Assembly (NCBI GenBank): GCA_002269645.1
Contig: NIVC01001757.1
Span: 1-64,000, forward strand
DNA from: Macrostomum lignano
Taxonomy: Eukaryota
Length of the DNA: 64,000 bases
Direction of reading: 5' to 3'
Positions 12,327-25,352 of the stretch are shown here, piece by piece (the first letter of the stretch is position 1; every line of letters starts with the position of its first letter). A program made the position numbers and the translations under genes. The notes beneath the pieces were generated by a model. That model was not told where the DNA came from. It ran no database searches and saw nothing but the letters and a program-made list of their open reading frames with translations.

Positions 12327-15300
12327 CAGGGGCATCGCCAACGGGGGGACAGCTGGGGGACATGTCCCCCCCCCCAGTAAAAGATCTGGGGGGGGGGGGA
12401 ATACCAATGCTTTGTCCCCCCCACCCCACCATGGCCATGTGACCCTATGGAAATCAATAATTTTGCTGCAGGGCGACAAAATATAGTGCCTGTGGCGCTA
12501 AAATGAGTGCCTGTGGCGCTAAAATGAGTGCCTGCGGCGCTAAAATGAGTGCCTGCGGCGCCAAAATGAGTGACTGCGGCGCCAAAATGAGTGACTGTGG
12601 TGCTAAAATGAGTGCCTGCGGCGCCAAAATGAGTGACTGCGGTGCTAAAATGAGTGCCTGCGGTGCTAAAATGAGTGCTTGCGGTGCTAAAATGAGTGCC
12701 TGCGGCGCCAAAATGCATGAGTGACTGCGGCGCCAAAATGAGTGACTGCGGTGCTAAAATGAGTGCCTGCGGTGCTAAAATGAGTGCCTGTGGTGCTAAA
12801 ATGAGTGTCTGCGGTGCTAAAATGAGTGACTGCGGCGCCAAAATGAGTGACTGCGGTGCTAAAATGAGTGTCTGCGGTGCTAAAATGAGTGCCTGTGGTG
12901 CTAAAATGAGTGCCTGCGGCGCCAAAATGAGTGCCTGCGGCGCCAAAATGAGTGACTGCGGTGCTAAAATAAGTGCATGCGGTGCTAAAATGAGTGCCTG
13001 CGGCGCCAAAATGAGTGCCTGTGGCGCCAAAATGAGTGACTGCGGTGCTAAAATGAGTGCTTGCGGTGCTAAAATGAGTGCCTGCGGCGCCAAAATGAGT
13101 GACTGCGGCGCCAAAATGAGTGACTGCGGTGCTAAAATGAGTGACTGCGGTGCTAAAATGAGTGCCTGCGGCGCCAAAATGAGTGACTGCGGTGCTAAAA
13201 TGAATGCCTGCGGCGCTAAAATGAGTGCCTGCGGCGCCAAAATGAGTGACTGCGGTGCTAAAATAAGTGCATGCGGTGATAAAATGAGTGCTTGCGGCGC
13301 CAAAATGAGTGCCTGTGGCGCCAAAATGAGTGACTGCGGTGCTAAAATGAGTGCTTGCGGTGCTAAAATGAGTGCCTGCGGCGCCAAAATGAGTGACTGC
13401 GGCGCCAAAATGAGTGACTGCGGTGCTAAAATGAGTGACTGCGGTGCTAAAATGAATGCCTGCGGCGCCAAAATGAGTTACTGCGGTGCTAAAATAAGTG
13501 CATGCGGTGCTAAAATGAGTGCCTGCGGCGCCAAAATGAGTGACTGCGGTGCTAAAATGAGTGTCTGCGGTGCTAAAATGAGTGCTTGCGGTGCTAAAAT
13601 GAGTGCCTGCGGCGCCAAAATGAGTGCCTGCGGCGCCAAAATGAGTGACTGCGGTGCTAAAATGAGTGACTGCGGTGCTAAAATGAGTGCCTGCGGCGCC
13701 AAAATGAGTGCCTGTGGCGCCAAAATGAGTGACTGCGGTGCTAAAATGAGTGCCTGCGGTGCTAAAATGAGTGCCTGCGGTGCTAAAATGAGTGCTTGCG
13801 GTGCTAAAATGAGTGCCTGCGGCGCCAAAATGCATGAGTGACTGCGGCGCCAAAATGAGTTCCTGCGGCGCCAAAATGAGTGACTGCGGTGCTAAAATAA
13901 GTGCATGCGGTGCTAAAATGAGTGCCTGCGGCGCCAAAATGAGTGCCTGTGGCGCCAAAATGAGTGACTGCGGTGCTAAAATGAGTGCTTGCGGTGCTAA
14001 AATGAGTGCCTGCGGCGCCAAAATGAGTGACTGCGGCGCCAAAATGAGTGACTGCGGTGCTAAAATGAGTGACTGCGGTGCTAAAATGAGTGCCTGCGGC
14101 GCCAAAATGAGTGACTGCGGTGCTAAAATGAATGCCTGCGGCGCTAAAATGAGTGCCTGCGGCGCCAAAATGAGTGACTGCGGTGCTAAAATAAGTGCAT
14201 GCGGTGCTAAAATGAGTGCTTGCGGCGCCAAAATGAGTGCCTGTGGCGCCAAAATGAGTGACTGCGGTGCTAAAATGAGTGCTTGCGGTGCTAAAATGAG
14301 TGCCTGCGGCGCCAAAATGAGTGACTGCGGCGCCAAAATGAGTGACTGCGGTGCTAAAATGAGTGACTGCGGTGCTAAAATGAATGCCTGCGGCGCCAAA
14401 ATGAGTTACTGCGGTGCTAAAATAAGTGCATGCGGTGCTAAAATGAGTGCCTGCGGCGCCAAAATGAGTGACTGCGGTGCTAAAATGAGTGTCTGCGGTG
14501 CTAAAATGAGTGCTTGCGGTGCTAAAATGAGTGCCTGCGGCGCCAAAATGAGTGCCTGCGGCGCCAAAATGAGTGACTGCGGTGCTAAAATGAGTGACTG
14601 CGGTGCTAAAATGAGTGCCTGCGGCGCCAAAATGAGTGCCTGTGGCGCCAAAATGAGTGACTGCGGTGCTAAAATGAGTGCCTGCGGTGCTAAAATGAGT
14701 GCCTGCGGTGCTAAAATGAGTGCTTGCGGTGCTAAAATGAGTGCCTGCGGCGCCAAAATGCATGAGTGACTGCGGCGCCAAAATGAGTGCCTGCGGCGCC
14801 AAAATGAGTGACTGCGGTGCTAAAATGAGTGCCTGCGGTGCTAAAATGAGTGCTTGCGGTGCTAAAATGAGTGCTTGCGGTGCTAAAATGAGTGCCTGCG
14901 GTGCTAAAATGAGTGCCTGCGGTGCTAAAATGAGTGCTTGCGGTGCTAAAATGAGTGCCTGCGGCACCAAAATGAGTGACTGCGGCGCCAAAATGAGTGA
15001 CTGCGGTGCTAAAATGAGTGCCTGCGGCGCCAAAATGAGTGACTGTGGTGCTAAAATGAGTGCCTGCGGCGCCAAAATGAGTGACTGCGGTGCTAAAATG
15101 AGTGCCTGCGGTGCTAAAATGAGTGCTTGCGGTGCTAAAATGAGTGCTTGCGGTGCTAAAATGAGTGCCTGCGGTGCTAAAATGAGTGCCTGCGGTGCTA
15201 AAATGAGTGCTTGCGGTGCTAAAATGAGTGCCTGCGGCGCCAAAATGAGTGCCTGCGGCGCCAAAATGAGTGACTGCGGTGCTAAAATGAGTGCCTGCGG

Positions 15301-17183
15301 TGCTAAAATGAGTGCTTGCGGTGCTAAAATGAGTGCCTGCGGCGCCAAAATAAGTGCCTGCGGCGCCAAAATGAGTGACTGCGGTGCTAAAATGAGTGTC
15401 TGCGGTGCTAAAATGAGTGCATGCGGTGCTAAAATGAGTGCCTGCGGCGCCAAAATGAGTGCCTGTGGCGCCAAAATGAGTGACTGCGGTGCTAAAATGA
15501 GTGCTTGCGGTGCTAAAATGAGTGCCTGCGGCGCCAAAATGAGTGACTGCGGCGCCAAAATGAGTGACTGCGGTGCTAAAATGAGTGACTGCGGTGCTAA
15601 AATGAGTGCCTGCGGCGCCAAAATGAGTGACTGCGGTGCTAAAATGAATGCCTGCGGCGCCAAAATGAGTGACTGCGGCGCCAAAATGAGTGACTGCGGT
15701 GCTAAAATGAGTGCCTGCGGCGCCAAAATGAGTGACTGCGGTGCTAAAATGAGTGCCTGCGGTGCTAAAATGAGTGCTTGCGGTGCTAAAATGAGTGCCT
15801 GCGGCGCCAAAATGCATGAGTGACTGCGGCGCCAAAATGAGTGACTGCGGTGCTAAAATGAGTGACTGCGGTGCTAAAATGAGTGCCTGCGGCGCCAAAA
15901 TGAGTGACTGCGGCGCCAAAATGAGTGACTGCGGTGCTAAAATGAGTGCCTGCGGCGCCAAAATGAGTGACTGTGGTGCTAAAATGAGTGCCTGCGGCGC
16001 CAAAATGAGTGACTGCGGTGCTAAAATGAGTGCCTGCGGTGCTAAAATGAGTGCTTGCGGTGCTAAAATGAGTGCTTGCGGTGCTAAAATGAGTGCCTGC
16101 GGTGCTAAAATGAGTGCCTGCGGTGCTAAAATGAGTGCTTGCGGTGCTAAAATGAGTGCCTGCGGCGCCAAAATGAGTGACTGCGGCGCCAAAATGAGTG
16201 ACTGCGGTGCTAAAATGAGTGCCTGCGGCGCCAAAATGAGTGACTGTGGTGCTAAAATGAGTGCCTGCGGCGCCAAAATGAGTGACTGCGGTGCTAAAAT
16301 GAGTGCCTGCGGTGCTAAAATGAGTGCTTGCGGTGCTAAAATGAGTGCCTGCGGCGCCAAAATGCATGAGTGACTGCGGCGCCAAAATGAGTGACTGCGG
16401 TGCTAAAATGAGTGTCTGCGGTGCTAAAATGAGTGCTTGCGGTGCTAAAATGAGTGCCTGCGGCGCCAAAATGAGTGCCTGCGGCGCCAAAATGAGTGAC
16501 TGCGGTGCTAAAATAAGTGCATGCGGTGCTAAAATGAGTGCCTGCGGCGCCAAAATGAGTGCCTGTGGCGCCAAAATGAGTGACTGCGGTGCTAAAATGA
16601 GTGCTTGCGGTGCTAAAATGAGTGCCTGCGGCGCCAAAATGAGTGACTGCGGCGCCAAAATGAGTGACTGCGGTGCTAAAATGAGTGACTGCGGTGCTAA
16701 AATGAGTGCCTGCGGCGCCAAAATGAGTGACTGCGGTGCTAAAATGAATGCCTGCGGCGCCAAAATGAGTGACTGCGGCGCCAAAATGAGTGACTGCGGT
16801 GCTAAAATGAGTGCCTGCGGCGCCAAAATGAGTGACTGTGGTGCTAAAATGAGTGCCTGCGGCGCCAAAATGAGTGACTGCGGTGCTAAAATGAGTGCCT
16901 GCGGCGCTAAAATGAGTGTCTGCGGTGCTAAAATGAGTGCCTGTGGTGCTAAAATGAGTGCCTGCGGCGCCAAAATGAGTGACTGCGGCGCCAAAATGAG
17001 TGCCTGCGGCGCCAAAATGAGTGCCTGCGGTGCTAAAATGAGTGCCTGCGGCGCCAAAATGAGTGCTGACAACACCGATTCTGAAAATAATATACAGGCC
17101 GGTAGGAATTTAGTCATGTACATGTTACATATAGAATTCTTGGCTTTGTCCCCTCCACCAAAAAATCCATGGCGACGCCCCTG
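12327..17183. mobile_element. Non-autonomous hAT-type DNA transposon carrying a 21-bp minisatellite
   Basis: TIRs CAGGGGCATCGCCA (12327-12340) and TGGCGACGCCCCTG (17170-17183), 13/14 match; exact 8-bp TSD CTACTACA at 12319-12326 and 17184-17191; no transposase ORF. Confidence 0.85.
12485..17066. repeat. 21-bp minisatellite (AAAATGAGTGCCTGCGGCGCC / AAAATGAGTGACTGCGGTGCT), about 4.6 kb, with higher-order blocks
   Basis: Tandem copies visible directly; source of the spurious MSACGAK and APQALIL ORFs. Confidence 0.98.
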
Positions 17184-18177
17184 CTACTACAGTATATATA
17201 TCCACCCTTTTGGATCCTGGTGGGGCTTGCCGATGGAGGGAATTAGTCTAGAATAGCTCGATCACCAGCTACACGTACAAACCCCGCGCCCTATGTATGC
17301 ATGAAGTCCTCTCGTTTCCAGCGCCCTTGTACAGTGTATATGCCTCGCATATATAGATCGAGTCTCTTAATCGGCCATTTCTAGTATACATGTAGTAGTA
17401 CAGTTGGGGTCAAGAACCTTAGTCAGTGGGAGTTAGTTTTTACCTGGTGTACGTAGCTTCTGCAGAGGTGACTGCTGTCGACCACGCCTTTAATTGATGG
17501 CGTGTATTCCCTTCAACCCGGGCCCGCTGTCTATAGTCTATGACTAATTAAAAGGAAGCGCATGTGCAAAATGCGACAGTGCAAGGCTGATGTTGTCGAA
17601 TATCATTCCCGGCGCTGGCTGTGACGGCAGTTATAGTAAACTAATTTTATATTATTTTTCGATCCACTATCTGAATCAAGTCTAACTGAAAAATTTTCGA
17701 TCTGAAAAATGAGCGGAAAGTTGCGAGTTCGCTAAAAGAAAAAAGCGGAATTCGCTAACGCTATCAAAAAAGTTACCGCATTTGAGCGGATTGTTGCGAT
17801 TCATGCGATTCGCGGAAATGGGCCTGAATTATGTCGTTCTTTGCACAAGTTGAAAGATGTTTAGTATGCATAGTTTAGGTATTATTTTTATTTTTTTAAA
17901 GCTTTTTTATAGCTAATATTAATTCTTCGGGCCTATCAAATTAACTTTGGTTTAACTGTTGCTATTTACATTAAAAAATTTGGATTTGCAACTTTGACCA
18001 TTTTAAATTGCATGATGATTTTGACTTTTTGAGAAGGCTTCGCGTGGAATATTTAACCTATAGTCTGTTATTTATTTTTTTAAATCCAATACAGGCTAGT
18101 GTCGTATCTAATCTATTATATTATTTTGTAAAATTTAGATTTGCTGTAGCTCCGTTGGAAATTTTCGTCGAGTTAAA

Positions 18178-18464
18178 ATGATCCACAGTGAGCTTTTGTT
18201 CTATCTGTCAATGACAATGATTGTATCTGGTATCGTAGCATTCTTCGTTTTGCTCTTTGTTCCTTCACCCTATGGCCGCAATGCTAATTCGGCGTTTGGA
18301 CCACCAGTTCCAGCCAAAATTGCTTGGCTAATTCAAGAAATTCCTGCCTTCTTAATTCCTGTATATTTTATAATTGAACTATTGTTTTTTAAGACAAGTG
18401 ACTCATCAAATGTCAGGGACGCAGTTCTCTTGCTTGCTCCTTTTATTCTGCACTACTTTCAAAG
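18178..18464 (+). CDS. SRD5A1: Steroid 5-alpha-reductase (SRD5A1/2 family) exon 1
   Basis: PYGR...AWLIQEIPAF...HYFQR motifs; donor AG|GTAGGC. The five exons sum to 765 nt (254 aa plus stop). Confidence 0.92.
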
Positions 18465-18562
18465 GTAGGCCTTAATATCAACTGGTAATACACTGATTTG
18501 TCTAGAGAGAAAATGTATGTGCAATAATTTTTTTAACTTATGTGTTGTACTATGAATTACAG

Positions 18563-18708
18563 GTCCTTGATATATCCCATGCTGATCAGAGGAGGCAAGC
18601 CAATGCCAGCAGTGCCATTTCTATTGGCATTTATTTTCTGCATCTATAATGGCTACCTGCAGTCATCATACATAATCAATTATGGTTATTTTCATTGGGA
18701 TTTCATAT
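18563..18708 (+). CDS. SRD5A1: Steroid 5-alpha-reductase exon 2
   Basis: TTACAG|G acceptor; RSLIYPMLIRGGKPMP...FCIYNGYLQS; donor T|GTAAGT. Confidence 0.92.
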
Positions 18709-18914
18709 GTAAGTATTACCATTTTATTATGATTTATTATCATGATTTATTGTAGAATATATGCAAATATGGCTTGTATATTTTTTAATGTTATAAAGTT
18801 TTTTCAATTGTGTTTGATAGCTGGAGTTTAGCTAGCTATATTATTTTATATATGCTTTTTATAGGATTTAAAAACGTTTTATAGGTGTTTTTTGCTTTTT
18901 TATTGGTGTGCTGC

Positions 18915-21900
18915 TTAAGGTTTAGGTGTGTTGCTTAGGGTTCAGGTGTGTTGCTTAGGGTTCAGGTGTGTTGCTTAGGGTTCAGGTGTGTTGCTTAGGG
19001 TTCAGGTGTGTTGCTTAGGGTTCAGGTGTGTTGCTTAGGGTTCCGGTGTGTTGCTTAGGGTTCAGGTGTGTTGCTTAGGGTTCAGGTGTGTTGCTTAGGG
19101 TTCAGGTGTGTTGCTTAGGGTTCAGGTGTGTTGCTTAGGGTTCAGGTGTGTTGCTTAGGGTTCAGGTGTGTTGCTTAGGGTTCAGGTGTGTTGCTTAGGG
19201 TTCAGGTGTGTTGCTTAGGGTTCAGGTATGTTGCTTAGGGTTCAGGTATGTTGCTTAGGGTTCAGGTGTGTTGCTTAGGGTTCAGGTGTGTTGCTTAGGG
19301 TTCAGGTGTGTTGCTTAGGGTTCAGGTGTGTTGCTTAGGGTTCAGGTGTGTTGCTTAAGGTTCAGGTGTGTTGCTTAGGGTTCAGGTATGTTGCTTAGGG
19401 TTCAGGTATGTTGCTTAGGGTTCAGGTGTGTTGCTTAAGGTTCAGGTGTGTTGCTTAGGGTTCAGGTGTGTTGCTTAGGGTTTAGGTGTGTTGCTTAGGG
19501 TTCCGGTGTGTTGCTTAAGGTTCAGGTGTGTTGCTTAGGGTTCAGGTGTGTTGCTTAGGGTTCAGGTGTGTTGCTTAGGGTTCAGGTGTGTTGCTTAGGG
19601 TTCAGGTGTGTTGCTTAGGGTTCCGGTGTGTTGCTTAAGGTTCAGGTGTGTTGCTTAGGGTTCAGGTGTGTTGCTTAGGGTTCAGGTGTGTTGCTTAGGG
19701 TTCAGGTGTGTTGCTTAGGGTTCAGGTGTGTTGCTTAGGGTTCAGGTGTGTTGCTTAGGGTTCAGGTGTGTTGCTTAGGGTTCAGGTGTGTTGCTTAGGG
19801 TTCCGGTGTGTTGCTTAAGGTTCAGGTGTGTTGCTTAGGGTTCAGGTGTGTTGCTTAGGGTTCAGGTGTGTTGCTTAGGGTTCAGGTGTGTTGCTTAGGG
19901 TTCAGGTGTGTTGCTTAGGGTTCCGGTGTGTTGCTTAAGGTTCAGGTGTGTTGCTTAGGGTTCAGGTGTGTTGCTTAGGGTTCAGGTGTGTTGCTTAGGG
20001 TTCCGGTGTGTTGCTTAGGGTTCAGGTGTGTTGCTTAGGGTTCAGGTGTGTTGCTTAGGGTTCAGGTGTGTTGCTTAGGGTTCAGGTGTGCTGCTTAGGG
20101 TTCAGGTGTGTTGCTTAGGGTTCAGGTGTGTTGCTTAGGGTTCAGGTGTGTTGCTTAGGGTTCCGGTGTGTTGCTTAAGGTTCAGGTGTGTTGCTTAGGG
20201 TTCAGGTGTGTTGCTTAGGGTTCAGGTGTGTTGCTTAGGGTTCCGGTGTGTTGCTTAAGGTTCAGGTGTGTTGCTTAGGGTTCAGGTGTGTTGCTTAGGG
20301 TTCAGGTATGTTGCTTAGGGTTCAGGTGTGCTGCTTAGGGTTCAGGTGTGTTGCTTAGGGTTCAGGTGTGTTGCTTAGGGTTCCGGTGTGTTGCTTAGGG
20401 TTCAGGTGTGTTGCTTAGGGTTCAGGTGTGTTGCTTAGGGTTCAGGTGTGTTGCTTAGGGTTCAGGTGTGTTGCTTAGGGTTCAGGTGTGTTGCTTAGGG
20501 TTCAGGTGTGTTGCTTAGGGTTCAGGTGTGTTGCTTAGGGTTCAGGTGTGTTGCTTAGGGTTCAGGTGTGTTGCTTAGGGTTCAGGTGTGTTGCTTAGGG
20601 TTCAGGTGTGTTGCTTAGGGTTCCGGTGTGTTGCTTAAGGTTCAGGTGTGTTGCTTAGGGTTCAGGTGTGTTGCTTAGGGTTCAGGTGTGTTGCTTAGGG
20701 TTCAGGTGTGTTGCTTAGGGTTCAGGTATGTTGCTTAGGGTTCAGGTGTGTTGCTTAGGGTTCAGGTGTGTTGCTTAGGGTTCAGGTGTGTTGCTTAGGG
20801 TTCAGGTGTGTTGCTTAGGGTTCAGGTGTGTTGCTTAGGGTTCAGGTGTGTTGCTTAGGGTTCAGGTGTGTTGCTTAGGGTTCAGGTGTGTTGCTTAGGG
20901 TTCCGGTGTGTTGCTTAAGGTTCAGGTGTGTTGCTTAGGGTTCAGGTGTGTTGCTTAGGGTTCAGGTGTGTTGCTTAGGGTTCAGGTGTGTTGCTTAGGG
21001 TTCAGGTGTGTTGCTTAGGGTTCCGGTGTGTTGCTTAAGGTTCAGGTGTGTTGCTTAGGGTTCAGGTGTGTTGCTTAGGGTTCAGGTGTGTTGCTTAGGG
21101 TTCCGGTGTGTTGCTTAAGGTTCAGGTGTGTTGCTTAGGGTTCAGGTGTGTTGCTTAGGGTTCAGGTGTGTTGCTTAGGGTTCAGGTGTGCTGCTTAGGG
21201 TTCAGGTGTGTTGCTTAGGGTTCAGGTGTGTTGCTTAAGGTTCAGGTGTGTTGCTTAGGGTTCCGGTGTGTTGCTTAAGGTTCAGGTGTGTTGCTTAGGG
21301 TTCAGGTGTGTTGCTTAGGGTTCAGGTGTGTTGCTTAGGGTTCCGGTGTGTTGCTTAGGGTTCAGGTGTGCTGCTTAGGGTTCAGGTGTGTTGCTTAGGG
21401 TTCAGGTGTGTTGCTTAGGGTTCCGGTGTGTTGCTTAAGGTTCAGGTGTGTTGCTTAGGGTTCAGGTGTGTTGCTTAGGGTTCAGGTGTGTTGCTTAGGG
21501 TTCAGGTGTGTTGCTTAGGGTTCAGGTATGTTGCTTAGGGTTCAGGTGTGTTGCTTAGGGTTCAGGTGTGTTGCTTAGGGTTCAGGTGTGTTGCTTAGGG
21601 TTCCGGTGTGTTGCTTAAGGTTCAGGTGTGTTGCTTAGGGTTCAGGTGTGTTGCTTAGGGTTCAGGTGTGTTGCTTAGGGTTCAGGTGTGTTGCTTAGGG
21701 TTCAGGTATGTTGCTTAGGGTTCAGGTGTGTTGCTTAGGGTTCAGGTGTGTTGCTTAGGGTTCAGGTATGTTGCTTAGGGTTCAGGTGTGTTGCTTAGGG
21801 TTCAGGTGTGTTGCTTAGGGTTCAGGTGTGTTGCTTAGGGTTCAGGTGTGCTGCTTAGGGTTCAGGTGTGTTGCTTAGGGTTCAGGTGTGTTGCTTAGGG

Positions 21901-23206
21901 TTCCGGTGTGTTGCTTAGGGTTCAGGTGTGTTGCTTAGGGTTCAGGTGTGTTGCTTAGGGTTCAGGTGTGTTGCTTAGGGTTCAGGTGTGTTGCTTAGGG
22001 TTCAGGTGTGTTGCTTAGGGTTCAGGTGTGTTGCTTAGGGTTCAGGTGTGTTGCTTAGGGTTCCGGTGTGTTGCTTAAGGTTCAGGTGTGTTGCTTAGGG
22101 TTCAGGTGTGTTGCTTAGGGTTCAGGTGTGCTTAGGGTTCAGGTGTGTTGCTTAGGGTTCAGGTGTGTTGCTTAGGGTTCAGGTGTGTTGCTTAGGGTTC
22201 CGGTGTGTTGCTTAAGGTTCAGGTGTGTTGCTTAGGGTTCAGGTGTGTTGCTTAGGGTTCAGGTGTGTTGCTTAGGGTTCCGGTGTGTTGCTTAGGGTTC
22301 AGGTGTGTTGCTTAGGGTTCAGGTGTGTTGCTTAGGGTTCAGGTATGTTGCTTAGGGTTCAGGTGTGCTGCTTAGGGTTCAGGTGTGTTGCTTAGGGTTC
22401 AGGTGTGTTGCTTAGGGTTCAGGTGTGTTGCTTAGGGTTCAGGTGTGCTGCTTAGGGTTCAGGTGTGTTGCTTAGGGTTCAGGTGTGTTGCTTAGGGTTC
22501 AGGTGTGTTGCTTAGGGTTCCGGTGTGTTGCTTAGGTTCAGGTGTGTTGCTTAGGGTTCAGGTGTGTTGCTTAGGGTTCAGGTGTGTTGCTTAGGGTTCC
22601 GGTGTGTTGCTTAAGGTTCAGGTGTGTTGCTTAGGGTTCAGGTGTGTTGCTTAGGGTTCAGGTGTGTTGCTTAGGGTTCAGGTGTGCTGCTTAGGGTTCA
22701 GGTGTGTTGCTTAGGGTTCAGGTGTGTTGCTTAGGGTTCAGGTGTGTTGCTTAGGGTTCAGGTGTGTTGCTTAGGGTTCAGGTGTGTTGCTTAGGGTTCA
22801 GGTGTGTTGCTTAGGGTTCAGGTGTGTTGCTTAGGGTTCAGGTGTGTTGCTTAGGGTTCAGGTGTGTTGCTTAGGGTTCAGGTGTGTTGCTTAGGGTTCA
22901 GGTGTGTTGCTTAGGGTTCAGGTGTGTTGCTTAGGGTTCAGGTGTGTTGCTTAGGGTTCAGGTGTGTTGCTTAGGGTTCAGGTATGTTGCTTAGGGTTCA
23001 GGTGTGTTGCTTAGGGTTCAGGTATGTTGCTTAGGGTTCAGGTATGTTGCTTAGGGTTCAGGTATGTTGCTTAGGGTTCAGGTATGTTGCTTAGGGTTCA
23101 GGTGTGTTGCTTAGGGTTCAGGTATGTTAGGGTTCAGGTGTAGGGTTCAGGTATGTTGCTTAGGGTTCAGGTATGTTGCTTAGGGTTCAGGTATGTTGCT
23201 TAGGGT
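18915..23206. repeat. 20-bp satellite (TTAGGGTTCAGGTGTGTTGC), about 4.3 kb, filling SRD5A intron 2
   Basis: More than 200 highly homogeneous tandem units. Confidence 0.98.
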
Positions 23207-23330
23207 TAATTTGTGTACTGTTTATCAAGAATAAAATAGAGATTCAACAATAATATATATTGTTCAATGAATTTAAGGTTTATATTTTATTATAATTTTG
23301 ATTTCTCTCAAATTTCTTTTGCCTACACAG

Positions 23331-23441
23331 CTGCAGCTGGCTATGCCCTCTTCGCAGCCGGTATGGCTGGCAATATCCATTCTGATCAGATTTTGCGTTC
23401 ACTTCGGAAACCTGGCGAGACAGGTTACAAAATCCCTCATG
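23331..23441 (+). CDS. SRD5A1: Steroid 5-alpha-reductase exon 3
   Basis: GMAGNIHSDQILRSLRKPGETGYKIPHG; ACACAG| acceptor and |GTAAGA donor, phases consistent. Confidence 0.93.
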
Positions 23442-23520
23442 GTAAGATTCTGATTGCAATTTATTTTGTGCCCCAGTATAAAGTCTAGAATTTTAGACAT
23501 TTTCATTTTATTCATTAAAG

Positions 23521-23671
23521 GCGGACTGTTCAGTCTCGTGTCTGGGGCGAATTTCCTTGCCGAAATTGTCGAATGGACTGGATTTGCTCTGTTGAACCAC
23601 AGCCTGCCTGCTGTGGCCTTCGCCCTGTTCACCGCCGCCAACACTGCACCGCGGGCCTGGCATCATCACCT
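23521..23671 (+). CDS. SRD5A1: Steroid 5-alpha-reductase exon 4
   Basis: GGLFSLVSGANFLAEIVEWTGFAL...RAWHHH; donor |GTGAGT. Confidence 0.93.
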
Positions 23672-23684
23672 GTGAGTGGCTGGG

Positions 23685-24245
23685 GCTGGCGTCTGTCCTG
23701 CTGTGTGTGTTGGTGTCTGCCCTGGTGTCTGTCCTGCTGTGTGTGTTGGTGTCTGCCCTGGCGTCTGTCCTGCTGTGTGTGTTGGTGTCTGCCCTGGCGT
23801 CTGTCCTGCTGTGTGTGTTGGTGTCTGCCCTGGTGTCTGTCCTGCTGTGTGTGTTGGTGTCTGCCCTGGTGTCTGTCCTGCTGTGTGTGTTGGTGTCTGC
23901 CCTGGCGTCTGTCCTGCTGTGTGTGTTGGTGTCTGCCCTGGCGTCTGTCCTGCTGTGTGTGTTGGTGTCTGCCCTCGTGTCTGTCCTGCTGTGTGTGTTG
24001 GTGTCTGCCCTGGTGTCTGTCCTGCTGTGTGTGTTGGTGTCTGCCCTGGCGTCTGTCCTGCTGTGTGTGTTGGTGTCTGCCCTGGTGTCTGTCCTGCTGT
24101 GTGTGTTGGTGTCTGCCCTGGTGTCTGTCCTGCTGTGTGTGTTGGTGTCTGCCCTGGTGTCTGTCCTGGTGTGCGTGTTGGTGTCTGCCCTGGTGTCTGT
24201 CCTGCTGTGTGTGTTGGTGTCTGCCCTGGTGTCTGTCCTGGTGTC
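23685..24245. repeat. 36-bp minisatellite in SRD5A intron 4
   Basis: CTGGTGTCTGTCCTGCTGTGTGTGTTGGTGTCTGCC tandem units. Confidence 0.95.
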
Positions 24246-24321
24246 TCAGTCTGTCTGTCTTACTGTTTGTCTTAGTGTGTCTGTCTGTCTGTGTCTGTCT
24301 GTCTGTTTGTCTGCCTTAGTG

Positions 24322-24371
<50 letters not shown>

Positions 24372-24415
24372 CCTTAGTGTGTCTGTCTGTCTGTGTCTGT
24401 TTGTCTGCCTTAGTG

Positions 24416-24460
<45 letters not shown>

Positions 24461-24491
24461 GCCTGTCTGTTTGTCTGTGCGTGTCTCTGTA

Positions 24492-24525
<34 letters not shown>

Positions 24526-24595
24526 CCTTAGTGTGTCTGTCTGTTTGTCTGCCTTAGTGTGTCTGTCTGTCTGTGTCTGTTTGTCTGCCTTAGTG

Positions 24596-24660
<65 letters not shown>

Positions 24661-24691
24661 GCCTGTCTGTTTGTCTGTGCGTGTCTCTGTA

Positions 24692-24729
<38 letters not shown>

Positions 24730-24773
24730 CCTTAGTGTGTCTGTCTGTCTGTGTCTGTTTGTCTGCCTTAGTG

Positions 24774-24830
<57 letters not shown>

Positions 24831-24861
24831 GCCTGTCTGTTTGTCTGTGCGTGTCTCTGTA

Positions 24862-24895
<34 letters not shown>

Positions 24896-24985
24896 CCTTA
24901 GTGTGTCTGTCTGTTTGTCTGCCTTAGTGTGTCTGTCTGTTTGTCTGCCTTAGTGTGTCTGTCTGTCTGTTTGTCTGCCTTAGTG

Positions 24986-25022
<37 letters not shown>

Positions 25023-25193
25023 GCCTTAGTGTGTCTGTCTGTCTGTCGGTCTGTCTGTTTGTCTGCCTTAGTGTGTCTGTCTGTCGGTCTGTCTGTTTGT
25101 CTGCCTTAGTGTGTCTGTCTGTCTGTCTGTCTGTCTGTGTCTGTTTGTCTGCCTTAGTGTGTCTGTCTGTCTGTCTGTCTGTCTGCCTTAGTG

Positions 25194-25234
<41 letters not shown>

Positions 25235-25319
25235 GCCTTAGTGTGTCTGTCTGTCTGTCTGTCTGTCTGTCTTTCTGTCTGCCTTAGTGTGTCTGTCTGT
25301 CTGTCTGTCTGCCTTAGTG

Positions 25320-25352
<33 letters not shown>

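Noticed and set aside
12254-17256. Long ORFs (up to 668 aa) of APQALIL / MSACGAK / THFSTA repeats
   Set aside because: Translations of a 21-bp minisatellite, open on both strands only because the unit is a stop-free multiple of 3.
18915-23206. True telomere or chromosome end
   Set aside because: The unit is a 20-mer, and the array lies inside an intron with in-phase exons on both sides.
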